Under the pieces are notes generated by a model. That model had not been told where the DNA came from, ran no database searches, and saw nothing but the letters and a program-made list of their open reading frames with translations. From Cenococcum geophilum (lineage: Eukaryota): a stretch of DNA of 64,000 nucleotides. Where the stretch lies: contig CP158636.1 of the NCBI GenBank assembly GCA_050273025.1, positions 10,106,001-10,170,000 of the forward strand, read 5' to 3'. Both the position numbers and the translations under genes were made by a program. Of the stretch, positions 25,367 to 37,700 are shown piece after piece (the stretch's first letter is position 1; every line of letters begins with the position of its first letter).

Positions 25367-25619
25367 CTCTATTGCCTTCTTTTTTTAGTTTAACTAGCCT
25401 ATAGGATTACGAATGCCTCTTTACTTTAGAAGTATAGTAAAATAGATTTTAGCGCTATAATAATTCTATTTTATGGCCTTTCCCTTTTTAAGGCTAATTA
25501 TTATTTGTTATAGAACGGAGAAGTAGTTCTTCCTAGTGCACTGTTATAGCTTGCTTGCACCGTCCGTCCTTATTATACTATAGGTTTACCTTCTATTACT
25601 CCTCTTATAAGGGATACTT

Positions 25620-27400
25620 ATAGATAATAGTCATTATTAAATAAAATTGAGCTTTTTACGTAATTCCTACGCTCCACTAATAAAGGCGAAGTAGTGAAAG
25701 CCTATAAAAGGGTAGTAGATAAAATTCTAAAGGCCTTACCTACTAACTATAGAGAGGCGCTTAGCTTAAATAAAACCCTAATAGTTTTAGGCCCTTAAAA
25801 CGCCCTAGTAATCCTAAAAGCTGTAAAAGCCCTAAAAGCTATGAAAGCCCTAAAGGCCTTAACGACCCCTATAGATCCAGAGACTAGGAAAGCCATAGTT
25901 AAATTAATTTTATTATTCCGGATTCTTAAAAGATAAGGAACCCTACCTCCTAATAAAAGCCCAGACCTACTTTACGGAGGAAGCCCTACCTCTAAGGAAG
26001 TAGAAACCGCGCTTATAAAATACTAGAATTTATTGCCAGCAGCTATAGAGCGACTAGTTATAGTTTGCACGAAAATTTAGTCTCTAGATAATTGTGAATT
26101 AGAACAGTTTCTTAAGCTTTATAATCCGGCTAAGGGCAAATCACTTAAAGCCCTTTAGGAACTATATATTAAACTAATAAAAGCTAATAACTAGGTAATA
26201 ATTCGTAACCTAGCTAATATTCTTAACGTAGGCAAAAATGCAGTTAGTTATAGGTTAATAAAGTCTATTCTATCTAAGACACTAAATAATAAGGTAGAGT
26301 AATTAAAGAAAAAAGGTTATAAGCCTAAAAAGGGCTAACGATTTAGAGCTTTGGCACGGGAGATGGCCTATTTATTAGGAGGAGAGCGCCTTAAACTAAA
26401 TAATATTGCTAGCTAAAAATAGAGTTATCTTAAACCTAGAGTACTTATTAGTCTTTACAACCTAGATTCTAGTATAATATTAGTTTTTAATTATCTCTAT
26501 TAAATTAACGACTAACCTATAATAGTATTAAAAGGTATATAGTACCCAAAGAATTCGATATATTAATTACTTGGATGGAAATATAACTATAATACCAAAA
26601 ATAAACGGAATTGTCCCCCTTAGCGAGGAACTTAAAGGATATATATCTCTATTATACTAATACTAACTCTATAAGTCAGCCTAAAGCTAGCAGCGCTATC
26701 TAAAGCCCTAGGGGTATAAAAAGATTAACTACTACTAAGTAGCCTAATACTAAACGTACTAGGCGCGAGTTATCTAAAATAAGTAGTCCGTAAGCCGTCC
26801 CTAACGGAAGTTCTAATTAAATATTTTTAATATCTTTAAGGGATTAATATAATATAGTTATACTAGCTAATCTTTATTCGGACCCTCCTAAGATATTATT
26901 ATCTTTTGGATCTACCTTAATCCCTAAAATCTACTTGTACCCTTTAAAAATCCCTTTTGACCTAAGCTATTACTTAACCCCTAGGATATCCTTCTCTTTT
27001 AAACCTACCTTAATTCCTTAAATCTACTTAGATCTACTATTAATTCCTTTTAATATATACCTGGACTATTACTTAAATTCTAAAGTACCTTCCCCTTTTA
27101 AACCTCTATTAATTCCTAAAATCTATTTAGATCCTCTATTAATTCCTTTTAATTTAAATTCTAATCTTTAGCTAATTACTCCACTAGTTACTATAGTGAT
27201 AAATAACTAGCTTAATTCGTACCCTATATTTCTATATATAGCAAGCCTTAACCTAAACTAGAATTCGCAATATAGTATACCCTATATATTTTAATATCAT
27301 TTCTACTCTACTTCTAAGGAACCTATAGCCTTAAATGGCTCCTATAAGGCTGCGGCTGTATAAACCTATATAAATATATAAATATATCCACCCCCCTTTC
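25620..27400 (+). pseudogene. RIP-inactivated orphan gene with low-complexity C-terminal repeats
   Basis: Long frame ...FLRSTNKGEVVKAYKRVVDKILKALP...RFRALAREMAYLLGGER...; repeated LIPKIYLD/LIPFN units at ~26900-27160. Confidence 0.45.
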
Positions 27401-29699
27401 CTATAAAGTGTTAAGGCGTATTATTAAGTGCGCCTATTATATTGCCGCTCTAAAGTTTAGGGTATTTATATTTTGTAAAAATCTTAAACCCTAGTAAACT
27501 GTTATCTAAACTTAGCTGGCTAAGTGCTAATATTACTATAGCCTTTACCGCGCTATCCCTGGGGTTCGCCCAGATTTCCTTATTTATATTATTATAATAT
27601 ACTAAATATTGGTTTTTGATAGAGACCGCGTCTTTAGTAGTACGGAGGATTTTAGTAGCGTGCTACCTGGCGACTTTTTAAATATTTTTTATTAGTATAC
27701 TACTGATCTACCTAGCGTTAGCAATACCTTAATGTATAGTAAAATATAAGGTGACGTTGCTTCACTATTAGGTATTTTATAAAAGGGGATATCCTCCTTT
27801 TAAGAGGATAAGGATTGGCTTTATGCTAATAGAAAGGCGCGTAAGTAATCTAAATATCTGCTATCTATGCCAAAAGCTATTTATAGTACAGACATAATAA
27901 GTCTAAGAAAGATGTAAGTAATGAACGTATTAGTAAATAGATATTAAGACCCTTTAAAGGGGCTGATTTTTCTTTAGCGGGGCTGATTTTTAGTAGGGCT
28001 GATTTCCGGTTAGGCAGGGCCTATATAACACCGCCCGTTCCTAAAAACCGTTATCGCACTAACGCGCCTTACGGAAGAGGTGCGGGCGACTTATAGAAAT
28101 TGTCTTAATATTTATAGGTGAAGAGAATGTGCTATAGAGCGTATATAAATATATATCCTCTAGTCCTATATAAAGAGGCCACTAAATCTCCACTTCCGTC
28201 GTTATCCTCACCTAGTACTTTTACCTTAAGAATAACATTATAATAAAGCTGCCAGAAATTATAAAGGATAATTTAATTATCAGACCAGATTGTCTTTCTA
28301 TTTCTCCTTAAGATTTCCTATAGGGCTTTAATAAACCTAGTATAGATTATAACGGTATTAAGGTAAAAGATACTATATACCCTTTAGTTATATTAGTCTA
28401 ATAGTTCTATAGGTTAAAGATATTTTTGCCCTCTACTATATACGGCAGTGCTAGTAATAAGGCCCGCACCTATATTACGGCGAACGTATCTTTTTAGGGA
28501 TATTTAATTTTAATAGTCTAGTAGTTAAACGCACGGTATTCTTAGGTGATCTCATACTTATAAAAGGCGGGCTAGAAATGATTAAACAGGTAGAACGTAA
28601 GGTAGAGAATGGGAATAATTGGCTTTAGATAAAAAATGCTCTATCTTCTCAAAAATTCTTTAAGTGGGTCTCCTTTAATGACTAACTTAAGCAAGTTAAG
28701 GTAAATATTATAAATAATATAGCTTTTTATAAGTTAACAGTTTTATAGGTCTTAGACATAATTGGTTTCCGCCCTACTTTAAGTACTTCCCCCCTATATA
28801 GGAGACGGTTTACCCTACTTAGGATTTTTCTTTCAAATAGGTCGCAGAAGCTAGGTAAAGTGCTATTAGATATAGTTAAAAAAATAGAAAACGGAGAGGA
28901 AGCTATAGAATAGGTAAAGCGTAAGCTATAGTGTTGTAAGGACAAAGACTTAGCCAGGCAGATGTTGTCTTTAAGTTTTACTTAGCTAATACAGGAGCTA
29001 CCTTTACAAGGAGGATGTCTCTTCGCTAATTTTGCTCCTATAACAATAAAGCCTATATAGTAGGCTATAGCGCGGGCAAATCGCTTATAAATCTAGGAAT
29101 AGGAGAACGGAAGCTATAGGACATTGGTTCCTATAGGGGAGTTTAATAAAGCGTTAAGAATTCATATCATTTAGAGCTTTAATAACCTCATTTTAAAGCC
29201 AAATTATATCCTCTGCTTTATCTATAATTTTAATTAATAGTCCGCTATATATTTTAATAAGCTAACCGCCTAATCTTTTTAGCTGCTTTAAAGCTTACCG
29301 CAGTTTTTATCTAGGTAGCCCTCTCTAAATCACGCCGTAAGTAATAACCCTAGAGTGGATTAGAAGGTCTCTATACTTACATTTCTATAACGTTAGAAGG
29401 ATATAGTTTGCAGGTCTTATAGTATTTTAGGTACTACGTTTTTACTCTATTAATAGAATAGCCGTATTTAAGCATTATTTAAATATAGTCGCATATTTTA
29501 TAAGGTGATAATAATAATTTTCCGTCTAGGTAAAGTATAGGCAATATGTAGATTCTAATATTAGAGCTATTCCGGAATCCATGGTATATATATACTACTT
29601 TAATTAATAGAATTGTGGTAAATTATAGGAACCTTATACTTAGTATAGGAGGTTGCTTATATATATAAAACTGGTAATAAGCTAAGTATGCGGAGGAAG

Positions 29700-30886
29700 C
29701 TAATAGTATTATTTTTTATTGGTACCCCCTTAGGAGACGCTAGAGTATATATATGGGCATATTACTGCCGTATATATGAAGAGATCGCTATGTACTAGGG
29801 ATCGCGGCTCTAATCCTAAAGGGGTAAATTGCTATTTAAATCAATAATGGAAGCTAAGGAGCTAGTTCGGGCGTTCTAATAAATAAGATTAGAGCATTCC
29901 TTTTATCTAGCTCGGCCTCTATACGTTTAGTATATTATAGTATATTATAACGAAATAGAGATGCTTTAAAGGAAGTATAGATAGTATTAATATGTAACAG
30001 CTTATAGGATAAGGTTTAGAGTGCGGTTATTTACTAATTCGCGGCTATTTTCTAATAGGACTCTAACCAGGTTCTAACTAGGTTCCAACCGGATTCTAAC
30101 TAGACTTTAACTAAACTCCAACTAGACTCTAGCTTTTTACACCTATAGGAGGTATATAAGAGAGTAAATAGAAGCACAATCCTTAATAAAGCCGCTCCTA
30201 GCTAGCAATATACTTGGCGTTAGGCGTTTCCCTTAAAGAAATCTATAGAACGTCTTTAATATTTATAGGAAGCTTACCGGAATTCTCACTCAGTTTCTTG
30301 GTTTCTCTTTATCTTTATAAGCCTATAACACGACTACCCTCCTCTTAACCTTATATATTACTAGTATAATAGCTCTATTAGTTATTACCGCGATCTGCCC
30401 TTAGGCTCGGCTTCTTAATAGCATATATATCACGCGATAGAGACACCAATTATAACTTACTTTAATTGTCGTGGATTACTATACCATGGCTAGCATAATT
30501 AGGAAAACTAGAGTTAAAGATAGTTTGGAAGACGCGCTTATAAGGGAGTATAAGGAAGAGGTAGAAAACTTCTTAGGCCTATAATAGTGGGATCTAACTA
30601 TAGCTTTAAACCGATTGCGCTTATATTACGGTCAGTGGTCGTCTTAGCGTAATTATATCATTAGTATGGAAGATTTAAGAAGTCCAGAATAAAATTCACG
30701 GAAGAGGAAGACGCGCTACTTATTAAGTTAAAGAAGGAATAGGATCTTTTATAGGAACAGATTAAAGACCACTTTTTAAAAAGAAGTCTTAAATCACTAC
30801 GGGCGCATTACTATTCGAAATTGAAGGCCCAGCCTACTGTGTAGAAGAAAAGGGGCCGGCCTGCTAGGTGGAAGAGACAGCAATAA
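29700..30886 (+). pseudogene. Relic MYB/SANT-domain protein with C-terminal AT-hook
   Basis: From 30686: RIKFTEEEDALLIKLKKE*DLL*EQIKDHFLKRSLKSLRAHYYSKLK, then KKRGRPAR. 12-bp tandem coding repeats at ~30060-30130. 5' boundary approximate. Confidence 0.8.
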
Positions 30887-31059
30887 TAGTACTACCCTTC
30901 TTTTGGCTTAGAGGTCTATATCTTATTATATATTCCATTTCTAGCTCGATTTATTTATAGCGCATTTCCTATTATATAAGGGTTGCATAAAAAGGTCCGC
31001 AAGAGCATTACTTTTTCGAGGGCGGTAAGCAAGAGCTACTTTATTACCACTTACAGCAC

Positions 31060-33040
31060 TATAAACGATAAAGAATGTAAGGCTGAAACTACGTTCACGA
31101 CTTAGCCAGCTAATTTAAATTATGTGGCATAGCTAAAACTAAACGGCAGTCCGAATAATATAAAGTCAGGTATTAATAATTAATTAACTTATATATACGA
31201 CGTAAAGGTGCATAAACTGGCTGCAGAAACTTAGTTTTTAGTTAATTTGCCTTATAAATAAGAACAAGCCATAAGAATCCAATCCTTATAAAATATTTTA
31301 GTCGGCGGAGGGGCTATATATATCTAGTGACTCCAATATACAGCTAAAATGCGTGTTATAGCGGACGCCTTACCCGTTCTACTATTCGTGATATTCTATA
31401 CTAAAAACCTTTAATAGTAGGCAGGGTAAATCGGCTACAGCTTAGCCTAAAAGGTAGCCGCTTGGCAATTCTTTTATATAAGCCTTTTTATTAGGCACTA
31501 ACCTCTAAGCAACTATAAACCTATTAGCTGCAGCAACACCCTTATAAATTTCCTTTAACCCTACTTCGTTAATCGTTTATAGCGCAGTTCCGTAAAGCCA
31601 CTCTCTATTTAAGCCTACGATCTACCTCTTTTTATATTTCTTATATTTTGCCTCTTATAGTTATCTAACAATTCTATTCTTACTATTAAGGTAAATATTA
31701 GCTTAGCTATTCTACCCCGCGCAGTATATACCTAATTACTTACATCTTCTATAATAGTTATGCTTTAATACGTATATACTTTATAGCCTTTTATTCTAAA
31801 ACAAATTCCTAAATTAAACGCCATTCCTCCTTAAACGGCTATCTGTAATTAAGAACGCTTTATAAAAGATAACATTTGCTTAATATTTTACGTCTATAGA
31901 ATACCTCTCCTTTATAGCCACTAGTCCCGCTAACTTACGTAGTCGCACTTCTAACTATATAGATTATATCCGCTAAGGCCGGGGATAAGGCGCTTAGTAG
32001 GGAATAGGAGGAGATTGGAGCTTATAAATTTAAGATAACGGAGGATATAAGTGACTAATCTTATATAGAAGTTAGATAACGGTAAGCAAATTCTGCGTAT
32101 AGTAGAGGTAATCTACTCTAATAGTAAGGAGTTCTCCTTTAGGACGGCCTTTAATAATATTGCTATTATCCTAAAGCCAATGACGCCCTAGACCTTTGGC
32201 GACTTAGTAGGGACTTAGAGTAAGGGGTAAGCCTCTTATATTCTTAAAATTATAGTTTAAGAGAATGTAGCTAACGTATAAGCTCGATAGAGGGTGTAAG
32301 GGCATAATAATAGAGGCGGTGACTGCATTCCGCGCCGTACTGCTAGGTGTTAAAGTTATATATAACGGACGCTGGCTGCACTATAACCTAAAGCTAACTA
32401 ATATCGGCCTTATTAGCAAGCCGCTCCGTTCCGTCTTACTAAATGTTAGTATATCTAGGTATATCTAGGTAGGTGGGTCATTACGGCCTAAGCCAGGCAT
32501 AGTTGGTATAATCGGCTATTTCGCTTTTAAGCTTAAGCTAGAGGATTATAACCACTCTATTAACATCTAGTCTATAGGCATTATTTTATTTAAGCTAATA
32601 TACAACTACTACCTATAGAAGTTCCTTATTAACCTATAGCGCGATAGTAAGAATAATAAGAAGCTACGCCCTTTCTTCCGGAAGAGTTATTAGAATACTA
32701 TTAATAAAATAGCTAGGGATTATAAGAGTGCGTGCGCGTTACTGGCTAGAGGCTATATATATCGTAAGTGTTCCACGTTATAGAGTTTTAATGGCTTTTA
32801 GTAGTAGACGGGCTAATCTAAACTTATAGTTAGCGGTCTCTTTATTAAAATGGTGAGATACTAGTAGGCAGCGAATAACTATATATAGCGCCCTAATATT
32901 AACAAGGTTCTCTAGCACTTAGCTTAGGGCCCGTTGTTACCCGAATCTCTATAGGTAAAGAGATAACGGTTAGAGTATAGCCTTAAAGATAAGGAGGTAT
33001 AAGTAAGTGTTATTTAAAAGGCCGCCTAGCTAATATATTA
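31060..33040 (-). pseudogene. RIP-inactivated orphan gene(s)
   Basis: Long frames with only TAA/TAG/TGA interruptions, e.g. VLENLVNIRALYIVIRCLLVSHHFNKETANYKFRLARLLLKAIK and IVGLNREWLYGTAL*TINEVGLKEIYKGVAAANRF. No domain recognised. Confidence 0.4.
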
Positions 33041-33349
33041 TAGTTGTGCAAGAGAGAGACTAGTAGCACTAGTGTATATATTATATTTAGTGCCTATAGC
33101 AATTAAATTCCCGTTTTTCTTAACGATAATGCCGCTGCCCTATATTCTGTCGCTTCTAACTATAGTAAGGCCTAGGGTTACCACCCCCTTATTATGCCCC
33201 ACATATTAGATCACGTAATAACGCCTCCTTACCACACCTGTGCTAACTTATAGATTTCCGACTTATTTAAAGGCTTACCTCCCTATTTTTCTAACCTCCA
33301 CCTAAAACAGCTTAACTTGTAACGTCTCTGTATATAGCCATTACTAGCT

Positions 33350-35370
33350 ATAATATCGCGGCTAGATAGCCTACCCACTACTACGGCTAGCTAAGATCTG
33401 CTTATCATAAGCCTGTATCCTTTTAATTCAGTTTCGCAATGCGGCCTACTGAACTAATAGCAGCGCGAACTTGCAGGACTACCTTGATATTATTACTACT
33501 TAAGGTGCCTACCTTATTCCTTATATGGGTATACTAGTATCCTAGGAAGCCTACGATAACCAATTCGCTGCCGCACTTAAATAGTACCTTAATGCGGTTA
33601 TCACCGAATAGATATATAAAAGTGTTATATATTATAGCGCCACTAACGAATGGCCTATAGGGCATACGCTACTGGAGGTTAAAGAGAAGTGTAAGGCTAA
33701 ATTAAAGGCGCAGGAAGAGCTTAAGGGGGCCACCTCTAATAATGGCAGCGATAACGATAATGACAATAAAGATAAAGGCGGTAATAATATTAACGCTAAA
33801 GTCGGTCTAGGGAAACTAGTGGTAGCACTAAACCGGCCCTAAAGGCCGCGGAGGCCACGCTAAGTAGACTGGCTTTTAATACTACTACTGTCTGCTAAAA
33901 GCCCTTTAGCTATATTATATAGGAGGAAGCGGCGGAGGATATCTGGGGAAGATGAGGAGGAGAAAAAGCGCCTTATTAAGAAGCACGTTAGCTTTACCTA
34001 AGGAGTCTCCGCCGCTATAAAAGATGCTATACCTAATATAGCACGGCAGAAGGGCCGGAAGTGGCGATGGACTCTTAATATAGGCGATAAAGAGGAGGGG
34101 GATAAGAAGCGGCCGAGTAAGGTATAAGTTACTACTACTTACCCTAGCAGTATATGGCTATAGAGACTATAACTATGCCTAAGATAACTAGCTGGTTAAT
34201 AATGCTATAATTGTTGTAATAGGGCGGCTAGGCTAGCCGCTTATACGCTTATAATACTGCGCTACGCCGCTCTTAGGTATATGGCGTCTTTATTACCAAT
34301 ATTAAGGAGATACTAAAAGGCATTACTCCCACTATAAGGACTGTTTGCTTAACTTAAGGACTTAAAACTAAGGCTTATTTAAACTCTTAGGGCTAAGACT
34401 AGAAGTATTTTAGAGTGGCTAGTGCTAGTAAGGTTACGGAGTGTCTTTATAAGAAAGTAAGGAGGGATTTCTTTAAAGGATACTATACTTAATATAGGTT
34501 TAGTTAAAGAATATAGAGGCCTTTTATATCCTGCTCTTTTCTACCGCTTAGCTAATAGGAGAGCTGATAGTAGGCTCCGCTTTGACTATGCCTTAAAAGT
34601 TGAGCCGATTTACTAACTTAGGGATACTAGTATAGTATTATAAATGCACTATAATATAGCTACGATAGGAGTATAATCCTTCCCTATCTACACCCTACTT
34701 TGCTATGCCTCTATAGGAGGGTTATATTAAACGGTAAGGGCTAATATTAACCCCTTTCTTCTAATTATTCTAAGATGGTGATATAGAGGTAGCCGGTTAA
34801 GCGTTGCTTTATATAGCAATGCCTATCTAGTTATATGGCTTTACTTAAGCCCCATTACGCGCCTTAATGTAACTTCCTGTCGCCTTAAAAGCAATGCCGC
34901 TTTTTAAGCGCTGTGCTACGGTTTTTAAGGTATATAGCGTAAGTAAGGAGTTAGGAGATAAAGCTATGGCGTATTTGGCTAGCTCTAATATAACTAAGAA
35001 GAAGTTTAGAAATATAGTTCCTACTCTATTTGGAACTAAATAAGGGGCTCTATGTACTAGTGTTTAGGGGTAGCCCTAATAGTTAATTATCGTTTAAAGC
35101 TAATAATCCAACTAAGCTAAGTTTTACGCTTAAAATTAAATAGGGGACTTACTTGATATTATAAGAAGGACCTTAGATACTAAATGCCGGTAGAGGTATT
35201 AACTACTTAAATACCTAGAGGTCACGGGCGGTATAGAGATTATCCTATAACTGTTAATGTAACTTAGTGTTACGGCGAAGCAGCTTATGTGGTTTAATAT
35301 TTCTAGATTAAAGCTATACTTTTGGCGTTAGTTTTAGGCGCGAGGGTATAAAAGGGCGCTATCGCGTAGT
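33350..35370 (+). pseudogene. RIP-inactivated orphan gene(s) with acidic and basic (NLS-like) segments
   Basis: ...NNGSDNDNDNKDK...RRKRRRISGEDEEEKKRLIKKHVSF... followed by a long degenerate frame to ~35370. No domain recognised. Confidence 0.4.
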
Positions 35371-35619
35371 GTTTTTTTGCTTTATAGTACTTATAATTTT
35401 TAATTCTTTTATTCTAGCCCTAAGCTCTTACTAGCTATGCTTTCTCTAGTTAAGGACTACCTGTAGCTATCCGGTTCCAAATAGGTAGGAATTTCTTACC
35501 TAATAATAGGCTTATCTAACCCCGCGAATATAGTCGCTAGTATTAAGTACGTTTCTCTAATATCTCTTAGTAAGATAGCCAAATAATTATAGATCTTTTA
35601 ATTACACTAACGGCTAAGT

Positions 35620-36180
35620 AGGTGATGATGAAGCCTACTTTACGGGTGTTTCTAATGCTAGCTTAGATTATAAAAGAGAAGATGAACAGCTTACTAGATT
35701 CCTAAGAAGACTAAACTGGGTTTTAAAAGGCGTAACCGAAAACGGTGCACTTAAATACTAGGTAGAGTAAAAGCCTAGGCTAACGAGTATTAAAGCCGTG
35801 AAGAGCAATAAGGATTTAAGGTATTGCTTGGTTTATATTATAGATAAAGTGGCAGTTTTATACTAAAAGCCTACTAAGGAGCCTATAACTAACCTAATAT
35901 TTTATAAACTTCGATCTTATTATAAAAGGAACCTTAGTAAGTTTATTAAGCATATTATAAGGTTCCGAGATATTAGAGAGGCGCTTAAGAAGAAAGACAA
36001 AAAAACACTTATGGCTTTAGTAGATAAGAGTGGAATATAAAAGGGGCTTGGATCGACCCTATAAAATGCCATCAATAAAAGTAGCAAAAAGGAGATTAAC
36101 GGCGAATCTTTAAAAAAGAAAAGAGAAGTAGAGATTACCCCTAAATATATAGCGTGTGGTAGGCTTAGGCCTAAATAATT
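35620..36180 (+). pseudogene. Relic protein with chromo-like motifs
   Basis: VLKGVTENGALKY*VE*KP...VAVLY*KPTKEPITNL, compatible with EYQVEWKP and WKPTEEP..NL. Confidence 0.35.
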
Positions 36181-36419
36181 TAGGAACAGAGCTTTCTCCT
36201 ATAGTACTTTAACAACTTATTTAAAACTCTACTATAGTAATATACAGGACCAGCTTCTACCCCCCCTTTAGAAAAATATTATTTCACTTTAGTATGTGGG
36301 CTCACTAGCAATCATAGCGAATGCCTATACTTAGCTATAAGAACTTTACTTCTAGCAGCTACTAGACTATCTCTTTCTTATATAATAAGTAAATCTCCCA
36401 TTATATTTTTTTTTAAAAG

Positions 36420-37700
36420 CCCGGTAATTAGAATAGGCTTTTTAACTGCGCAAATCTCTATTAGGTACTTCTAGGAATTTAAGGGCTCTATTTATATAAG
36501 CTTATAGGTGCTTAGTAAAAGCGTACCATTATAGAAAGTTTTTATTACATTTTTAGCAGTTATATTTTAAATTTAACGTATCTAAAGATATTAGAAATAA
36601 AGAGTTATAACATAAAGCCAAACTTATGAGATCGTTTATATTAAAGCATAATTGGCCTACTAGCGTAGCTCTTATAACAGATATTACAATTTATTCGTAG
36701 GGCTATTGTAAATAGTTCCGAAGTAAAAGTATTATCACTGTCTATAGGAGAGGTCTTTTCCTGCTATATAAGAGGTGCTAATAGATAGCCTTTATGCATT
36801 TCCAAAGAACTATTAGGAGTTGCTAGAAGGGTTTACTATAGTTTTATCTACGTGGTTATTATACCTAACTAGGTAAAAAAATTACTAAATATTTCCGGGG
36901 ATAAAGGGCTAGCTATCTAAAGGGTCTTATTCTAAAGTAGTTAATACTCTACTAGCTCTAGATACGCTATATAGTACTCCTAAATCTCGCTTTAGGTCTC
37001 TCCGATATATATATCGTTTATCTTTAACATTAGTATTAATAGGTGACCTAAATTAAGAGATTGCTATAGTATCTCCTCTAAATTAATAAAAGTTCCGTAT
37101 ATTAGAGGCTGCTACACGCTATTATTACCTATTATCTCTATAAGTGTTAAAGCTAAGAAGTCCTGCCCTAAATTTATATTATTATTGCCGGAATTTTTAG
37201 TCAAGTAATCCTTAGGGCTGTTGTATCCACTTTCTATACTAGCTAAGTGCATGGAAGTAGACAATTAAGAGAAGGTAGGCGGCATTAGGGCTATTAGTGC
37301 GCGTAGGTAGATCTTAGGATTACTTAAAGTCTAAAATAGATCATTTACTATCTTATTAATTATTTAAGGAACTCCTATAACAGGCCGCGTATTATAAATG
37401 CCTATAGTTATACTACCCTATAAACTAAAGTTTGTAGTATTAGGCGGCGCTATAGTAGTAGCTAACTAAAGGACTATACCCTACAATTTTTTAGACTCCC
37501 TTAGCTCTAGAGTTAACCGCTTAAGGTTTAGAAATATCCCTAGTATACTAAGGCTGTTAATTATTGGTAAAGCCTGCGAACTCTCTTTACGGCCTAATAG
37601 TACTTACTTTTCATCGTATAAAATATTAGGGGTAGGTAACTGTATGGGTTTACTAAGGGTAGTATAGTTATTTGGATCTATAACTTATATATTATTAATA
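36420..37700 (-). pseudogene. Relic C2H2 zinc-finger transcription factor (two C-terminal fingers)
   Basis: INCNICYKSYASRPIML*YKRSH (~36695-36625) and YNC*KCNKNFL*WYAFTKHL*AY (~36565-36495), where Y is CAT>TAT His. Preceded by a long S/P/T-rich frame. Confidence 0.7.
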
